Positions 47,101-57,800 of a stretch of 64,000 bases of DNA are shown here, piece by piece. Numbering within the stretch: position 1 is the stretch's first letter; the number at the start of each line of letters is the position of its first letter. Below the pieces are notes generated by a model. The model worked only from the letters and a program-made list of their open reading frames with translations. It did no database searches and was not told the DNA's origin. This DNA is from Anaerohalosphaeraceae bacterium (GTDB lineage Bacteria > Planctomycetota > Phycisphaerae > Sedimentisphaerales > Anaerohalosphaeraceae). The position numbers and the translations under genes are program-made. The DNA is taken from NCBI GenBank assembly GCA_963675525.2, contig CAXXSL010000013.1:184253-248252 (forward strand), written 5' to 3'.

Positions 47101-47206
47101 GTGAATCAAAGATTCCGAGAGTCATTTACAATCCCGGGATTGATAAACCGATGTTGGTTTAGATTCAGACTTGTCTACGGCTTGCTGAAATGTATTGGAT
47201 TGATTA

Positions 47207-48262
47207 TCAGGCATTCATTTGAGACATATATTTAGCCCCGCATCGGTGGCAGACCGGCAATGGCTGCAGTCTTCTGAATTTCCGGAAACGCTCAGCCGCG
47301 GGGCTGTTCCAAACGGCCTCAATAGTAGACTCTTTTACATTGCCGAAAGAATAGTCGGGAAAATCGATGCAGAAGTTTGCCTCGCCGGAAGGCTGAATAT
47401 CGATCAGGCTTTCAACATTTCCGCACTGGGCGGACCTGACTGCGGCCGCCGGATCGCTGAACCAGAGTATGTACTCCTCCTCTGAAAAATCCATATAAGG
47501 AAAATTTTGGATACCCCGCAGATTTGCTAAGTATTTGCGATGCTGCTCACAGAAATACGCCACATCGATGCCTGACTGTTCGTGATGAAAGCCGCTCCAG
47601 GAAAAGGCAGAGCACCCGAAATGGGTTTTCAGTATCCGGTCATATTCGTTTCCGATTCGCTCGGGTATATAGTAATAGGGAACAATGCAAACGGTATCGA
47701 TGGAAAGAGCACGGGCAACATCCGGCATATCAGCCAGCCCCGGAAGGGAGACAGGAGTAATTGTAAAATTGATGCTTTTACTGATATGGCGGCCGGTTCG
47801 TTTTTCAAGCTCATTTAAAGATTCCACACCTTCGCGCATCTTTTGAAAACAACCCGCAACACCTCGAACCTGTTCATGGATTGGTTCAGGGCCGTCCACT
47901 GATATTGTCAAATGCAGGTTTTCCAGATGAACCAGCTCAGCAGCATATCGACTCAAAAGCGTTCCGTTGGTATCAATTGCGATAAAGATGCCTCGGGCGG
48001 CAATGTACTCCAGTAACTCAATGATCCGGCCAAACAGAAAGGGCTCACCGCCGCGAAGCAGGACCGCTCCCGCTGAATGATCGGCGCACTCATCGATCAG
48101 GCGTTTCCAGTCTGATAATGACATGGCAGACTGGGTATCGATTGTTTTTCGGCGCATATAGCCCTCAGGACTCCATTGCCCGCACATGGTACAGTGCAAA
48201 TTACAGGCATTGGTCAGGGTCAACGATATATGGCGAGGGAATTCCACTGTCTTTTCACTCAA
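47207..48262 (-). CDS. Radical SAM protein with C-terminal SPASM/twitch-like Cys cluster
   Basis: 351 aa (TTG start in the track). CxxxCxxC motif in LTLTNACNLHCTMCGQW. GGEPFL. C-terminal cysteines QCGN...FCIDF...VCHRCGAKY. Confidence 0.8.
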   Translation of the reverse strand: MSEKTVEFPRHISLTLTNACNLHCTMCGQWSPEGYMRRKTIDTQSAMSLSDWKRLIDECADHSAGAVLLRGGEPFLFGRIIELLEYIAARGIFIAIDTNGTLLSRYAAELVHLENLHLTISVDGPEPIHEQVRGVAGCFQKMREGVESLNELEKRTGRHISKSINFTITPVSLPGLADMPDVARALSIDTVCIVPYYYIPERIGNEYDRILKTHFGCSAFSWSGFHHEQSGIDVAYFCEQHRKYLANLRGIQNFPYMDFSEEEYILWFSDPAAAVRSAQCGNVESLIDIQPSGEANFCIDFPDYSFGNVKESTIEAVWNSPAAERFRKFRRLQPLPVCHRCGAKYMSQMNA

Positions 48263-48337
48263 CTGATCGGTTAATATTGTTTTTGATAGACTCTGATCCG
48301 GTCATTTTTCCATTCAGGTTGTTCGCAATCTTCGATT

Positions 48338-49408
48338 CTAGTGCCGCATAAACCGATCAAACACGCCGATCACGGGCAAGGCATTGCCGTCCGCATCGAA
48401 CATCCCCCTGCTGCTGATACCGCTTCGCAGATTGACGGCCGGCTCCCACCAGAAAACCCCTTTGCCTCGATTGTCCGGCGTACTGAGCACGATGCGATGG
48501 ACCTCGTCCAGAAACTGCCGCTGGCCTTCGGGCGTTTCGGGAAACGGCGCCGGCTTGTCTTTGTATTCCGCGGGCCGCCAGTTGTAGGCCGCCTCGACAA
48601 CAATAATATCCTTTTTATAGGTATTGGCCATGAAAATCAGATTCTCCCGCAGGTCCAGCAAAGACCCATGCCACCAGGGATAGTAAGACTGCCCGATGAT
48701 GTCATACTCGACGCCGTAGCTGTGCAACTTGTCGAAAAAGTACTTCGTGCGGATCTTGTTGCCGCCCTGGTCAATATGAATCATAATTTTCGGACACGTT
48801 TTCTCATCCGCAGCCGCCTTGACCCCACGGATGCCGGCCTTGACCAGTTCCGCAAAATTTTCCCAGTTGGCGGGGATCTTCCCGTCGGGCCACATCATCC
48901 CATTGATGATCTCGTTACCGATCTGCACCATATCCGGCGTCACATCTGCTTGGCGAAAGGCGATCAGTGTATCCCGCGTGTATTCAAAGACCGCCTCAAC
49001 CAACTCTTCATGCGACTTGCCTTCCCATGCCTTCGGCGTGTATTGCTTGGCTGGATCGGCCCATGTGTCGGAGTAATGAAAATCCAGCAGGAACTTGTAC
49101 CCCATCACCTTGGCTTCTTTGGCCAATGCGATGGTATACTCCAGGTCATTCGGCAACCGCGTCGGTGTGTGGAACAGTCGAAGGCGAATCCAGTTATAGC
49201 CATGATCCTTGAATAACTGAAGCCCCGGCTTGACCTGTCCGTTGTCTTTAAATGCGATTCCTGCTTCTTCGGCCTGTTTGAGAAACGACAGATCGGCGCC
49301 GACAGCATAGTCGGCCGCGAACACAACATCCGTCAGCGATACCTGGACCACAAATGCGATGAGGATAATCCGTAAAAATCGTCCGATGTTAAGGTTGCCG
49401 GTCACCAT
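48338..49408 (-). CDS. Arabinogalactan endo-beta-1,4-galactanase (GH53)
   Basis: 356 aa. Signal peptide, GADLSFLKQAEEAG, HGYNWIRLRLF, LLDFHYSDTWADPAKQYTPKAW, IGNEI (GH53 catalytic Glu region). Confidence 0.85.
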   Translation of the reverse strand: MVTGNLNIGRFLRIILIAFVVQVSLTDVVFAADYAVGADLSFLKQAEEAGIAFKDNGQVKPGLQLFKDHGYNWIRLRLFHTPTRLPNDLEYTIALAKEAKVMGYKFLLDFHYSDTWADPAKQYTPKAWEGKSHEELVEAVFEYTRDTLIAFRQADVTPDMVQIGNEIINGMMWPDGKIPANWENFAELVKAGIRGVKAAADEKTCPKIMIHIDQGGNKIRTKYFFDKLHSYGVEYDIIGQSYYPWWHGSLLDLRENLIFMANTYKKDIIVVEAAYNWRPAEYKDKPAPFPETPEGQRQFLDEVHRIVLSTPDNRGKGVFWWEPAVNLRSGISSRGMFDADGNALPVIGVFDRFMRH

Positions 49409-49776
49409 ATGAAACTCCTTTCAAAGATTAGCGCCATTCAAAAGAATCCTGCATGTTTTACCACAGTCTGCAAATCATTCCAAATAAAAACGCTGTCTCA
49501 TATTGATTTCCACCCAAACGGGGTCTAATTAGCCGTGTTTCTTGCCGGATGGCCGCACGGGGTGAATTAGTAAATAAATCACAGATATTTTCGGGTAATT
49601 GATGGCAAAAACAGCACGATACGAACAAATTTCAGTCTGATGGACTTATCAAAAAGTAACTCAAATCCCTATGATAAAGAATGTACAAAATGAGGTGTGC
49701 GAAATAACGTAAACCGGTGCTAAAAAGGGCCGGCTCTGTTCTTTAAAGTCTTGATACATTTGGGAAAATTAAAACA

Positions 49777-50811
49777 ATGTTAAGTCCAATTACAAAACGC
49801 AAATCGTTAAATGAGATTGTAAAAAATGCATACGCTGAAAATAAGCGCCTCGCGGTCCCGTTAGTCGGTTTTCCGGGGTGTGACCTACTGGGCATATCCA
49901 TCAAAGTGGCCCAGCAGAATCACGGCGTGCATTATAACTGTATCGAAGCGCTGGTCTATCAATTGAAACCCGACGCGGCGTTTATGATGATGGATTTATC
50001 CGTTGAGGCCAACGCGCTGGGGCTGCCGGTACGCTTTCCGATACACGAGTCCAGCACGGTAGAGCATCACCCCGTGGAAACCATCGAAGACCTCGACAAA
50101 TTCCGATGCATCAACATCTTGCAGGATGCACGGGTGCAGTCGTATATCAAAACCGTTGAAATGATGCGAACGGGACTGCCGGACGATGTCCTCGTCGGCG
50201 CCTATGTCGTCGGGCCGGTCACCCTGGCCGGATTGCTGGGCGGCGCCCAGCAGATCGCGATGGACTCGGTACTGGACCCGGAGAAACTCGACGTGTTGTG
50301 CCAATTCAGCACCAGCATTATACAGGATTACTCACGGGCATTGATCAACGCCGGCACGGACATGCTCTGTGTACTGGAACCGACGGCCGTTATTCTGGGG
50401 CCGAAGCAATTCGAACGTTTCAGCGCCGCCTATGTCAGGCACATCATCGAAAGTTATAAATACGCCGGCGTAGATACGGTTTATCATACATGCGGCAATA
50501 CCATGCATCTGATTGAGGCGATGGCTAAATCCGGCGTGGCGGCCCTGAGTCTGGATTCACCTGAAACCGGGGTGGACTTGGTCAAGGCCGCCCAAAAGGC
50601 CGGCGAAGAGGTTGTCATTATGGGAAATATCAATCCGACCGCAGTCATGAAAGACGGTTCGGTCGACGATGTCAAACAGGCGTGCAGCAAGCTGCTCAAC
50701 GACATGAGAGACTATCCGAATTTCCTACTGAGCACCGGATGCGATTTGCCGCCGGGAGTGCCGCTGGAAAATATGCAGGCCCTGATGCAAACGGTCAGAG
50801 AATTCAAATAA
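49777..50811 (+). CDS. Uroporphyrinogen-decarboxylase-family protein (MtaA/CmuA-like methylcobamide methyltransferase type)
   Basis: 344 aa, URO-D fold. The C-terminal HTCGNT...LSLD...GNINP...STGCDLPPGVPLENM pattern is typical of MtaA-like corrinoid methyltransferases. Confidence 0.75.
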   Translation: MLSPITKRKSLNEIVKNAYAENKRLAVPLVGFPGCDLLGISIKVAQQNHGVHYNCIEALVYQLKPDAAFMMMDLSVEANALGLPVRFPIHESSTVEHHPVETIEDLDKFRCINILQDARVQSYIKTVEMMRTGLPDDVLVGAYVVGPVTLAGLLGGAQQIAMDSVLDPEKLDVLCQFSTSIIQDYSRALINAGTDMLCVLEPTAVILGPKQFERFSAAYVRHIIESYKYAGVDTVYHTCGNTMHLIEAMAKSGVAALSLDSPETGVDLVKAAQKAGEEVVIMGNINPTAVMKDGSVDDVKQACSKLLNDMRDYPNFLLSTGCDLPPGVPLENMQALMQTVREFK

Positions 50812-50947
50812 GCCCCGCAAACACAATCAGAAAAAGCGTTGTAAGCCGTTGGCACAAAAAGCGTTTCGATTCTAACGGGACCCTTTCGCTCCGGTTTATG
50901 ACAGAATCCGGAAAAATTACGGAAATATACATTTTCATATTTTTCGC

Positions 50948-50976
50948 TGGACAAGAGGCTTGCAAATGGCTATAGT
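50948..50976 (+). promoter_or_regulatory. Sigma70-type promoter for rpmA
   Basis: TGGACA (50948-50953), 17-nt spacer, TATAGT (50971-50976). Confidence 0.4.
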
Positions 50977-51045
50977 GTTTGATTCTCATCATGTCGAGAA
51001 CGTATACAAACACAAATTTAAACAGGAAATTTGGGAAAGTGAACA

Positions 51046-51285
51046 ATGGCACATAAAAAGGGACAAGGATCTTCGAGAAACGGACGAGACAGTAATCCGC
51101 AATATCGTGGTGTGAAAATTTATGGGGGGCAATTCGCCAAAGCCGGAGCGATCCTCGTGCGTCAGTGCGGGACAAAGTTTCATGCCGGTTTTAACGTGGG
51201 TATGGGCAAAGACTGCACTCTTTTCGCCAAAACAGACGGTACTGTCAAATTCAGAGGCAAAAAAATCGATATTATTGAAAATTAA
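51046..51285 (+). CDS. rpmA: 50S ribosomal protein L27
   Basis: 79 aa. [57 protein letters not shown] is canonical L27. Confidence 0.95.
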   Translation: MAHKKGQGSSRNGRDSNPQYRGVKIYGGQFAKAGAILVRQCGTKFHAGFNVGMGKDCTLFAKTDGTVKFRGKKIDIIEN

Positions 51286-51294
51286 GGCCTTGAG

Positions 51295-51317
51295 ACCGCC
51301 GGCCATTCGGCGGTTTT
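51295..51317 (+). terminator. Rho-independent terminator after rpmA
   Basis: ACCGCCG-GCCATT-CGGCGGT followed by TTT. Confidence 0.5.
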
Positions 51318-51611
51318 AGCCATATAGAGATATTTAAAGGGCTCTGGTTTAAAAATCAGGGCTTTTTTTTCGCTTTTTTGATACATACGGCAGCGACCAA
51401 ACCGTAATATCGAACAAATACATCGAATCAATAAGCCAGATACTCGAAGTTCCGATAACAAGCTTGTTTTTATTGCTATTTGTTAAAAAAGCTAAAAAAC
51501 GGTTTTTTTTTTATTTTATTCGTCAATTTTCACCCAAAATTGATATAATATTATAGATTCATCAAGAAAAAGAGAAAAGAGAAAACCGAAGAAACATAAA
51601 GAGGTCGATTA

Positions 51612-51833
51612 ATGATTAAATTCAGTTGTACGAGTTGTGCGCAAACTTACCGCGTATCGGATGAATATGCTGGTAAGAAGGTAAGATGTAAATCATGCAG
51701 CAGTGTTAACATAATCCCACAACCTGAAAAAGAAAAAGTAGAGTGCGGGGATAGTGTTGCAGCTTACAATGATCTGCTGCAAGAGTTACTGAAAGCAGAA
51801 AAACACTCCCCTACCGTAGACGTTGAGCCTTGA
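51612..51833 (+). CDS. Zinc-ribbon domain protein (MJ0042-type)
   Basis: 73 aa. MIKFSCTSCAQTYRVSDEYAGKKVRCKSCSSV carries two CxxC pairs. GAGG RBS. Confidence 0.5.
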   Translation: MIKFSCTSCAQTYRVSDEYAGKKVRCKSCSSVNIIPQPEKEKVECGDSVAAYNDLLQELLKAEKHSPTVDVEP

Positions 51834-51981
51834 TTTTTGCCTCATTCTGATGCACCCCCTGTATTCTGATCGAGGAGGGTTGGGGGAGACGTTGGGGTAT
51901 AAAAATTAATTTTCTCCATAGACTTTCGCCCATTTCCTTTCTACTATTTAATCTTTAATTTAACCAGAGACCAGAGAATCT

Positions 51982-52701
51982 ATGCGAATTGTCCGTTTTT
52001 ACTGTGAATCTGTTGATCAATCCTGCATTCTGGACCCGATCGAGTCGAACCATGCCAGCCGGGTCCTGAGGCTGCCGGTTGGTGCGCCGGTGGAAGTCTT
52101 TGACGGCAAAGGAACGTTGGCCGAAGGAACGATCGAGCAAATCAGCCGGGACAAAGTCGTCATCAAGCCCAGCCGCATTACACAGGCAACCGCTTGTGAA
52201 CAGCCGAAGATCATTCTGGCGGTCAGTTTTGCCAAGGGACAGCGGTTTGACTGGCTGGTCGAGAAATGTACCGAATTGGGTGTCGATCACATTGCCGCGG
52301 TTCAATTTGAACGCACGGTCAAATTAGGCAAAGCAGAAACGGTACAGCGGCTGTCTAAAATCACGATTTCCGCCGCCAAACAATCGGGGCGTCTTTTCCT
52401 GCCCATCTTAACAGGTCCGGCAAAACTAAATGAAACCATCTCATTTTTGCAGTCCGAATATCCGGAAAGCATGCTCATCTACGGAAGCCCCGATGGGCAG
52501 GCCTTTTCCCAACTGACCCAACTGCCGCAGCCGGAAAACATCATTGTCCTGATCGGCCCGGAAGGCGGGTTCACCGAACAGGAAGCCGAATACTTTGACG
52601 GCCTGAAAGCCCGGCCTGTCTGTATCCATCCCAATATCCTTCGGGTTGAAACAGCGGCGGTCGCATTCTGCTCGCTTCTGTCCTGGGCATACATATCGTA
52701 A
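51982..52701 (+). CDS. rsmE: 16S rRNA (uracil1498-N3)-methyltransferase RsmE
   Basis: 239 aa. PUA-like N-terminus (MRIVRFY...HASRVLRL..G..VEVFDG), SPOUT C-terminus (IGPEGGFTEQE, RILRVETAAV). Confidence 0.85.
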   Translation: MRIVRFYCESVDQSCILDPIESNHASRVLRLPVGAPVEVFDGKGTLAEGTIEQISRDKVVIKPSRITQATACEQPKIILAVSFAKGQRFDWLVEKCTELGVDHIAAVQFERTVKLGKAETVQRLSKITISAAKQSGRLFLPILTGPAKLNETISFLQSEYPESMLIYGSPDGQAFSQLTQLPQPENIIVLIGPEGGFTEQEAEYFDGLKARPVCIHPNILRVETAAVAFCSLLSWAYIS

Positions 52702-52811
52702 ATCGTTCTGACTTTTCAGCTGTAAATTTCTCTTTAACTGTTTTTTTGCACCAACCCGAACTCCGTTTCATCGTATTAAAGATTGAAAGGGTTTAATATC
52801 GGGAGCGGATT

Positions 52812-53579
52812 ATGGACAAGTACGAAAATGACAGCCGAGCCGAGGAATTAACCTGTTTTTTGATGAAACTCGATAAATCCAGGAACGTGGCGGGACTTCG
52901 CAAGCAGGCCAATCGCCTGATCTCGCATGTCACCCCGGACGATATCGAAAAAGCTGAAAGCAAGCTGGTTCAGATCGGTCTGCCGGTCAAGAAAATCCAG
53001 CAGCTTTCAACCTCGTTTGTTCTCATGGGTATTCTTGAAGGGAATGCCGACGCGCTGCAGCCTCGCCTGCCGGAGAGTCATATCCTGCGAAAAGTGATGG
53101 CCGAACATGAGATGATGCGATGTTTTATCGCGGACCTGGAAGATGTCGCATCTCGAATTCAGCAGAAAGAAAAACTGTCGCCCACCAGCAGCGAGTTCAT
53201 GCGCCTGTCGCATATTACCGAACACCTGAATTCCCTCGAGGAACATATGGACCGCGAAAACGACGTGCTGTTTCCGGTCTTAAGAGAACTCGGGTGGAAG
53301 AGCCTGTTCGACCATGTCGAAAGCGAACACACCTATATTCTCATGTCCGTTCGGGATCTGGTCAAGCTCGTTATGGCGTTTGATAAGATGCCGTTTAATA
53401 ACTTTAAAACCCGCCTGATGGCCACCGTGCGCTATCTCGGGCCGATGCTGCGAGAGCACCTGTTTCGGGAGGACCGGGCGATCTTTCCGCTGGCCATATC
53501 AATGGTTCAGGATGAAGCCGTCTGGAAAAAACTGCGAACCATCTGTAACGAGATCGACTACTGCGGCATCCATCTGTAA
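52812..53579 (+). CDS. DUF438-like N-terminal domain fused to a hemerythrin-like (HHE) domain
   Basis: 255 aa. The N-terminal part resembles DUF438 (VTPDDIEKAESKLVQIGLPVKKIQQL). The C-terminal part has spaced His/Glu pairs (MAEHEMM, HITEH...EEHMDRENDVLFP, ESEH) typical of hemerythrin HHE cation-binding domains. Confidence 0.55.
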   Translation: MDKYENDSRAEELTCFLMKLDKSRNVAGLRKQANRLISHVTPDDIEKAESKLVQIGLPVKKIQQLSTSFVLMGILEGNADALQPRLPESHILRKVMAEHEMMRCFIADLEDVASRIQQKEKLSPTSSEFMRLSHITEHLNSLEEHMDRENDVLFPVLRELGWKSLFDHVESEHTYILMSVRDLVKLVMAFDKMPFNNFKTRLMATVRYLGPMLREHLFREDRAIFPLAISMVQDEAVWKKLRTICNEIDYCGIHL

Positions 53580-53773
53580 AAAACGCCTGCGGCAAGAAGA
53601 ATAACTTACCACAGGCGGCAGAAGGAGCCTTGGTAGATATTCTTAGGATTTTCTTTTTGGTTTTACGCTCTATATCTCAATACCTTCAATAGACCCCTTC
53701 TATTTAAGGCACCCATCCGTAGCCGGGTGCTGTCGGGATTTACCGATCTACACACAAGAAGTAACCCGTTTTT

Positions 53774-54307
53774 TTAATTTTCTTGTTCAAGCATTGGTTC
53801 CAGCCGTTGAAGCTGCTGGTAAAAATTGTCAATCCGGGTTTCCATCGAGTTGTTTGCCATAGATGCACTGGCGGAACTCAAATTCATTAAGGCCGCTAAT
53901 CGTTGAAGCCCGATATTGGTTCGCAACGTGTTTGGGTCCTTAATCAACACAGAGTAATCCAGCGATTGATAAGGTACAGCAAACGGTTCGGCAGGCCGCG
54001 GGGGGCGGTGAATTTTTAGGTCCTCCCGGAGTTCAAAGTTTTGTCCGGGAAGCTGAACCGGCATTGGTTCCAGATTGTATTTGTTTTCTAATACGCTGAT
54101 CGTTTTTTCCAAATGCCGTCGAAGCCATGCTGTCTGTTGGGAAAGTTCATGGCACCGCCGGTATTGTGTTTCGGCTGCGAAGGCCAACGAATCTGCGGCG
54201 TTGCGAGTAATTGTGTTTTGCTTGGATAACTGTGTGGCACGATACAATAACACCGACTGTACCACAGCGGCAATGACCAAAACAGTTATTACAATATTTT
54301 TTCGCAT
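53774..54307 (-). CDS. Hypothetical single-pass membrane/coiled-coil protein
   Basis: 177 aa with an N-terminal TM (IVITVLVIAAVVQSVLL). Third gene of the 58196-53774 operon (16-nt gap). Confidence 0.45.
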   Translation of the reverse strand: MRKNIVITVLVIAAVVQSVLLYRATQLSKQNTITRNAADSLAFAAETQYRRCHELSQQTAWLRRHLEKTISVLENKYNLEPMPVQLPGQNFELREDLKIHRPPRPAEPFAVPYQSLDYSVLIKDPNTLRTNIGLQRLAALMNLSSASASMANNSMETRIDNFYQQLQRLEPMLEQEN

Positions 54308-54323
54308 AACATGTCCTTTTGTT

Positions 54324-54815
54324 TTATTTAAAAACAGGTGTTATCGCCAAATAAGTGATTGTGTTAAGCAGACCCACAATAGCACCGGCTAAAAACGCCC
54401 GCCGAAGCGTAATCTTAAACAGCATTCTCCATGACAGAACATTCAGGGACACAAACAGCACAAACGCACAGAAAGACAAAAATAATAGTGGGTCTGGCCG
54501 AAAAATAAAAAAATTGTCTCGTGCGGTGAAAAAATTAGCCGAATGGGACAAGTTTGTTGTAATACCGGAAATAACTATGCCGGGAGCGACAACCAGAGCA
54601 AGATAGACCGCAAGTTTCCAGAAAGCAAATTCTTTGAATTTCCGGAGAATCCAGCAACCGGCGAGGAAAGAAATCCCACCTACTATCAAATATAAATAGA
54701 TAGCCACAAGAGAGTACCGCATACGCATTATTGGCGGGTACACTAGGAGTCCGAGCAACCCTAATACAATGCAGGCCGATAGGCTCCAAGGCCAGTAAAT
54801 ATTGTCCTTTTTCAT
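54324..54815 (-). CDS. Hypothetical polytopic membrane protein
   Basis: 163 aa with about 5 TM helices. 15-nt gap after the 1121-aa gene. Confidence 0.45.
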   Translation of the reverse strand: MKKDNIYWPWSLSACIVLGLLGLLVYPPIMRMRYSLVAIYLYLIVGGISFLAGCWILRKFKEFAFWKLAVYLALVVAPGIVISGITTNLSHSANFFTARDNFFIFRPDPLLFLSFCAFVLFVSLNVLSWRMLFKITLRRAFLAGAIVGLLNTITYLAITPVFK

Positions 54816-54830
54816 ACTATTCCTTTCCGT

Positions 54831-57800
54831 TTAAGGGTTTGAACGTATTCTAAAGTTTTGTGGATCGCCTTGGCCTTTTATCCGGTAATTATAGGCCGGA
54901 TCGTCGGGACCGAAGCTATCCTGTTGCCATATTGCCTCTAAAACCGCCCAATATAATTCTTCTCCATTACCGAGAGCTTCCCATTCTTGACGGCTGAATT
55001 GTTGGAAGTCGGTTTCAGGCCAAAAACGGGACCAACTTTCACAGAACCACCCTTGATAAAATCGGCTTTCACTGGTATTTGTCAGTCCACATGCAACACT
55101 CATATCATTATGCACAAAGTCGAAAAGGCTTTGTTCTCCACTTCCGCCCCACATCAAAAGGCCGGTGCCAGAGTCAATGGTTAAATGTGCTCCTAAGCAA
55201 CTGTCATTAAAGAAAAAGCGAAGATCGGTAAACCCCATTGTAACAAAACTTTTCAACGTTGTTTCTTTACGTCCCGGCAAAGGGTCCTTGCACCATGTAG
55301 GGGGTGTCCCCACAAAGTCACTTGCTTTGGCAGATACACAATCCACGTCGGCCAGTGCAACAAACGTTCTAAGTACGCCATTCATTCCGTCTTGTACTGC
55401 TGAATTTCCATGTGAATCAATGTAAAGGTATTTAAGTTGTGGGGCATATTTAGCAATATTTGCGTAGGTTGCGGCCTTGCCGTTTAATCTCAAATATTTT
55501 ACTCCTCTGTTTTCAAAGGCCGTTTTAACGGCATTGTAAGTTGAGCCGTTTCTCCAACTCAAAGACCGATACGGCGTAACGATCAATGCTATGATATTCG
55601 GGTCCGGCGTCGAGAGTGCGGGCAGTGCTGCGGTAGTTGTTTTTAAAACATTCGCCCCGCTATTCGATCTAAATTCAACGGTTCCAATACCATAATCAGT
55701 TGCGATATTGGCCGGAATAGAGCCGCTAATTGAATTTCCGTCAAATACCTGTGACCATACTAATATGCCACTGTCTGCATAGACATTTATCGACGAGGCA
55801 ACATTGGGTTCTGTTGTGTAAGCCGCAAACGGTATTGGTTCGTTAGTCTCATAACTGTCTGGCAGGATACAGTAACTTAATGTAGATGGAAATGTAATGT
55901 CTGTTAAATGGGAGGCTGTGATATGACCATCGTAATCCATTGCGATCAATTTCAGTTGTTGGGGCAAGCTCCCACATTCTGAAATATCAATCTCCAAAGG
56001 CCGCTCGTCATTCAAAACAGGTATTTTTCCGACATATCGACCACTGAGAAACACAAAAACGTCTTGTATTTTTGGGGTCAACCCATCGGCATCAACTTCA
56101 ATCCATCCGTTATCAGGGTCGCCGGAAATTATCGGAATAATATTGGGTTCAGCCGGTGCTGCTTTCCATGTTTGAGCCATGATTGCAAAATCAGCTAAAT
56201 CCACATAGCTATCATCATTCCAGTCCCCACCGAACGTGACAAAATTCGGGTCAATCCAAAGTTCGGGGTGATTCGGGTCGTAGATATACAGGTTCGGGTT
56301 AATATAGCCCGGACTGTTTGGCTCAAACGGTGAATACTCTAACCAATAATCGCTAATCTCAATCAAGTCGTCAATATCAGTACCCGCAATCCCTTCGCCG
56401 CCGACATAATCCCACATTGAATGATGAAAGCCAAGGTCAACTATATCCTTGTCCGGGACATTATCAGCATTCGTCTTGGTGCCGATCAATTTACTCCGCT
56501 CGATGTACTGCAATCCAGCGTCCACAAAATCCGCATCGTCAATAAGGTAGTGGTGTTGGTATGGGTCTAAGATGTAAGGATAATATGGGTTGGTTTCCGT
56601 GACAACCGGATTGTATTCGTCGAATTCCCAATTCTTGTTGTAATCATTGTCAAAGTATCCTGTACTGATAACCAAAGCGTACATAGCACCATCGACCAAA
56701 TTCAAGCCGTAGTTGTCATTGCTGGTTACGATATTGTTGGTTAAATATATCGTCGGGATACCAGAACTATTTGGATCCGCCACACCATGGACGGTAATAC
56801 CACAACACGTATAACCATAACCATCGCAAGTATTGTGTTCAATTTTGGCGGCATGGTTCAAATCAGCAAAGCCATTCGGGTCAGGGCATAATTCGATTTC
56901 AATAGCCGCTTGGTCCTGATAGAAACACAGGTTGTTGCGAACATCGGTCAGCAAAGGTCCATACTCATAGACTCCCCACACATTGCCGAATAGGTAATTG
57001 TTTTCGATGGGTTGACTCAAACGAATGTTATTCGTTATTACACCTCCGATTGCACCCTCTATCATACAATACTGTATAGTCGTTAGCGGCGAAGCGGTTT
57101 CTTCAACATAAATCGGGCAGTGATAGTAAGGACCATAAGAACCATAGACTTGCCAATAATAACCGATATTATCCGGGCAGTCAAAGAAAACCCAATCCGG
57201 GGTAAAAACAATCGGTTTGTCTGGTGTACCTTTGGCAATTAAAGTACCACCATCACTGACATGCAACCCGGACTGATACCCCATGATAACAGTTGTACCC
57301 GGTTCAATCACAAGCAAAGAATTAACATCGACGATGTACCAGTTGTTCGGGTCACCCACGATATAGTAAATATTGTTCGCGTCCCACACATGATTTTCTG
57401 TAATGTCTGAATCAATGACATAGACATTTGGTTCCGAATCAAGCATTTCTAACATCGCAACTTGTTGGGACCATTCGGCGAAACTGTCCACCTCATCACG
57501 CATCAAACCGCTTGAAGCAGCAGGACATTGTAAAAAGACAGGTTCTGGCTCATTCGGTTCTATTACAGGCGGTAATATCATGGATTCGCTGTCAAAATCC
57601 AGTGATTCAAGGGAACTGGCCTCAAGCGATTCGGTGGTTGATTTCTCCTCAAGTGGCGGCTCATACGAAAGCGAGTCATAGTTGACACCAAAAACCACAA
57701 CTCTGTCATCATCCATGTCAAACAAGATAAGTTGATAGATTTCAGTATCAGCAGGAACCATTTGATTATTTATTGTGAGAGACTGATTAGTCGTTAAGCC

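Noticed and set aside
49409-49776. Cobalamin riboswitch upstream of the MtaA-like (corrinoid-dependent family) gene.
   Set aside because: I could not find a B12 box or the conserved GGTGC...GGGAA...core. Only a short unrelated hairpin is present.
50948-50965. Third sigma54-like site, TGGACAagaggcTTGCA, upstream of rpmA.
   Set aside because: The GG-to-GC spacing is one base too long and the -24 element deviates (TGGACA). The same bases fit a sigma70 -35 box, with TATAGT 17 nt downstream.
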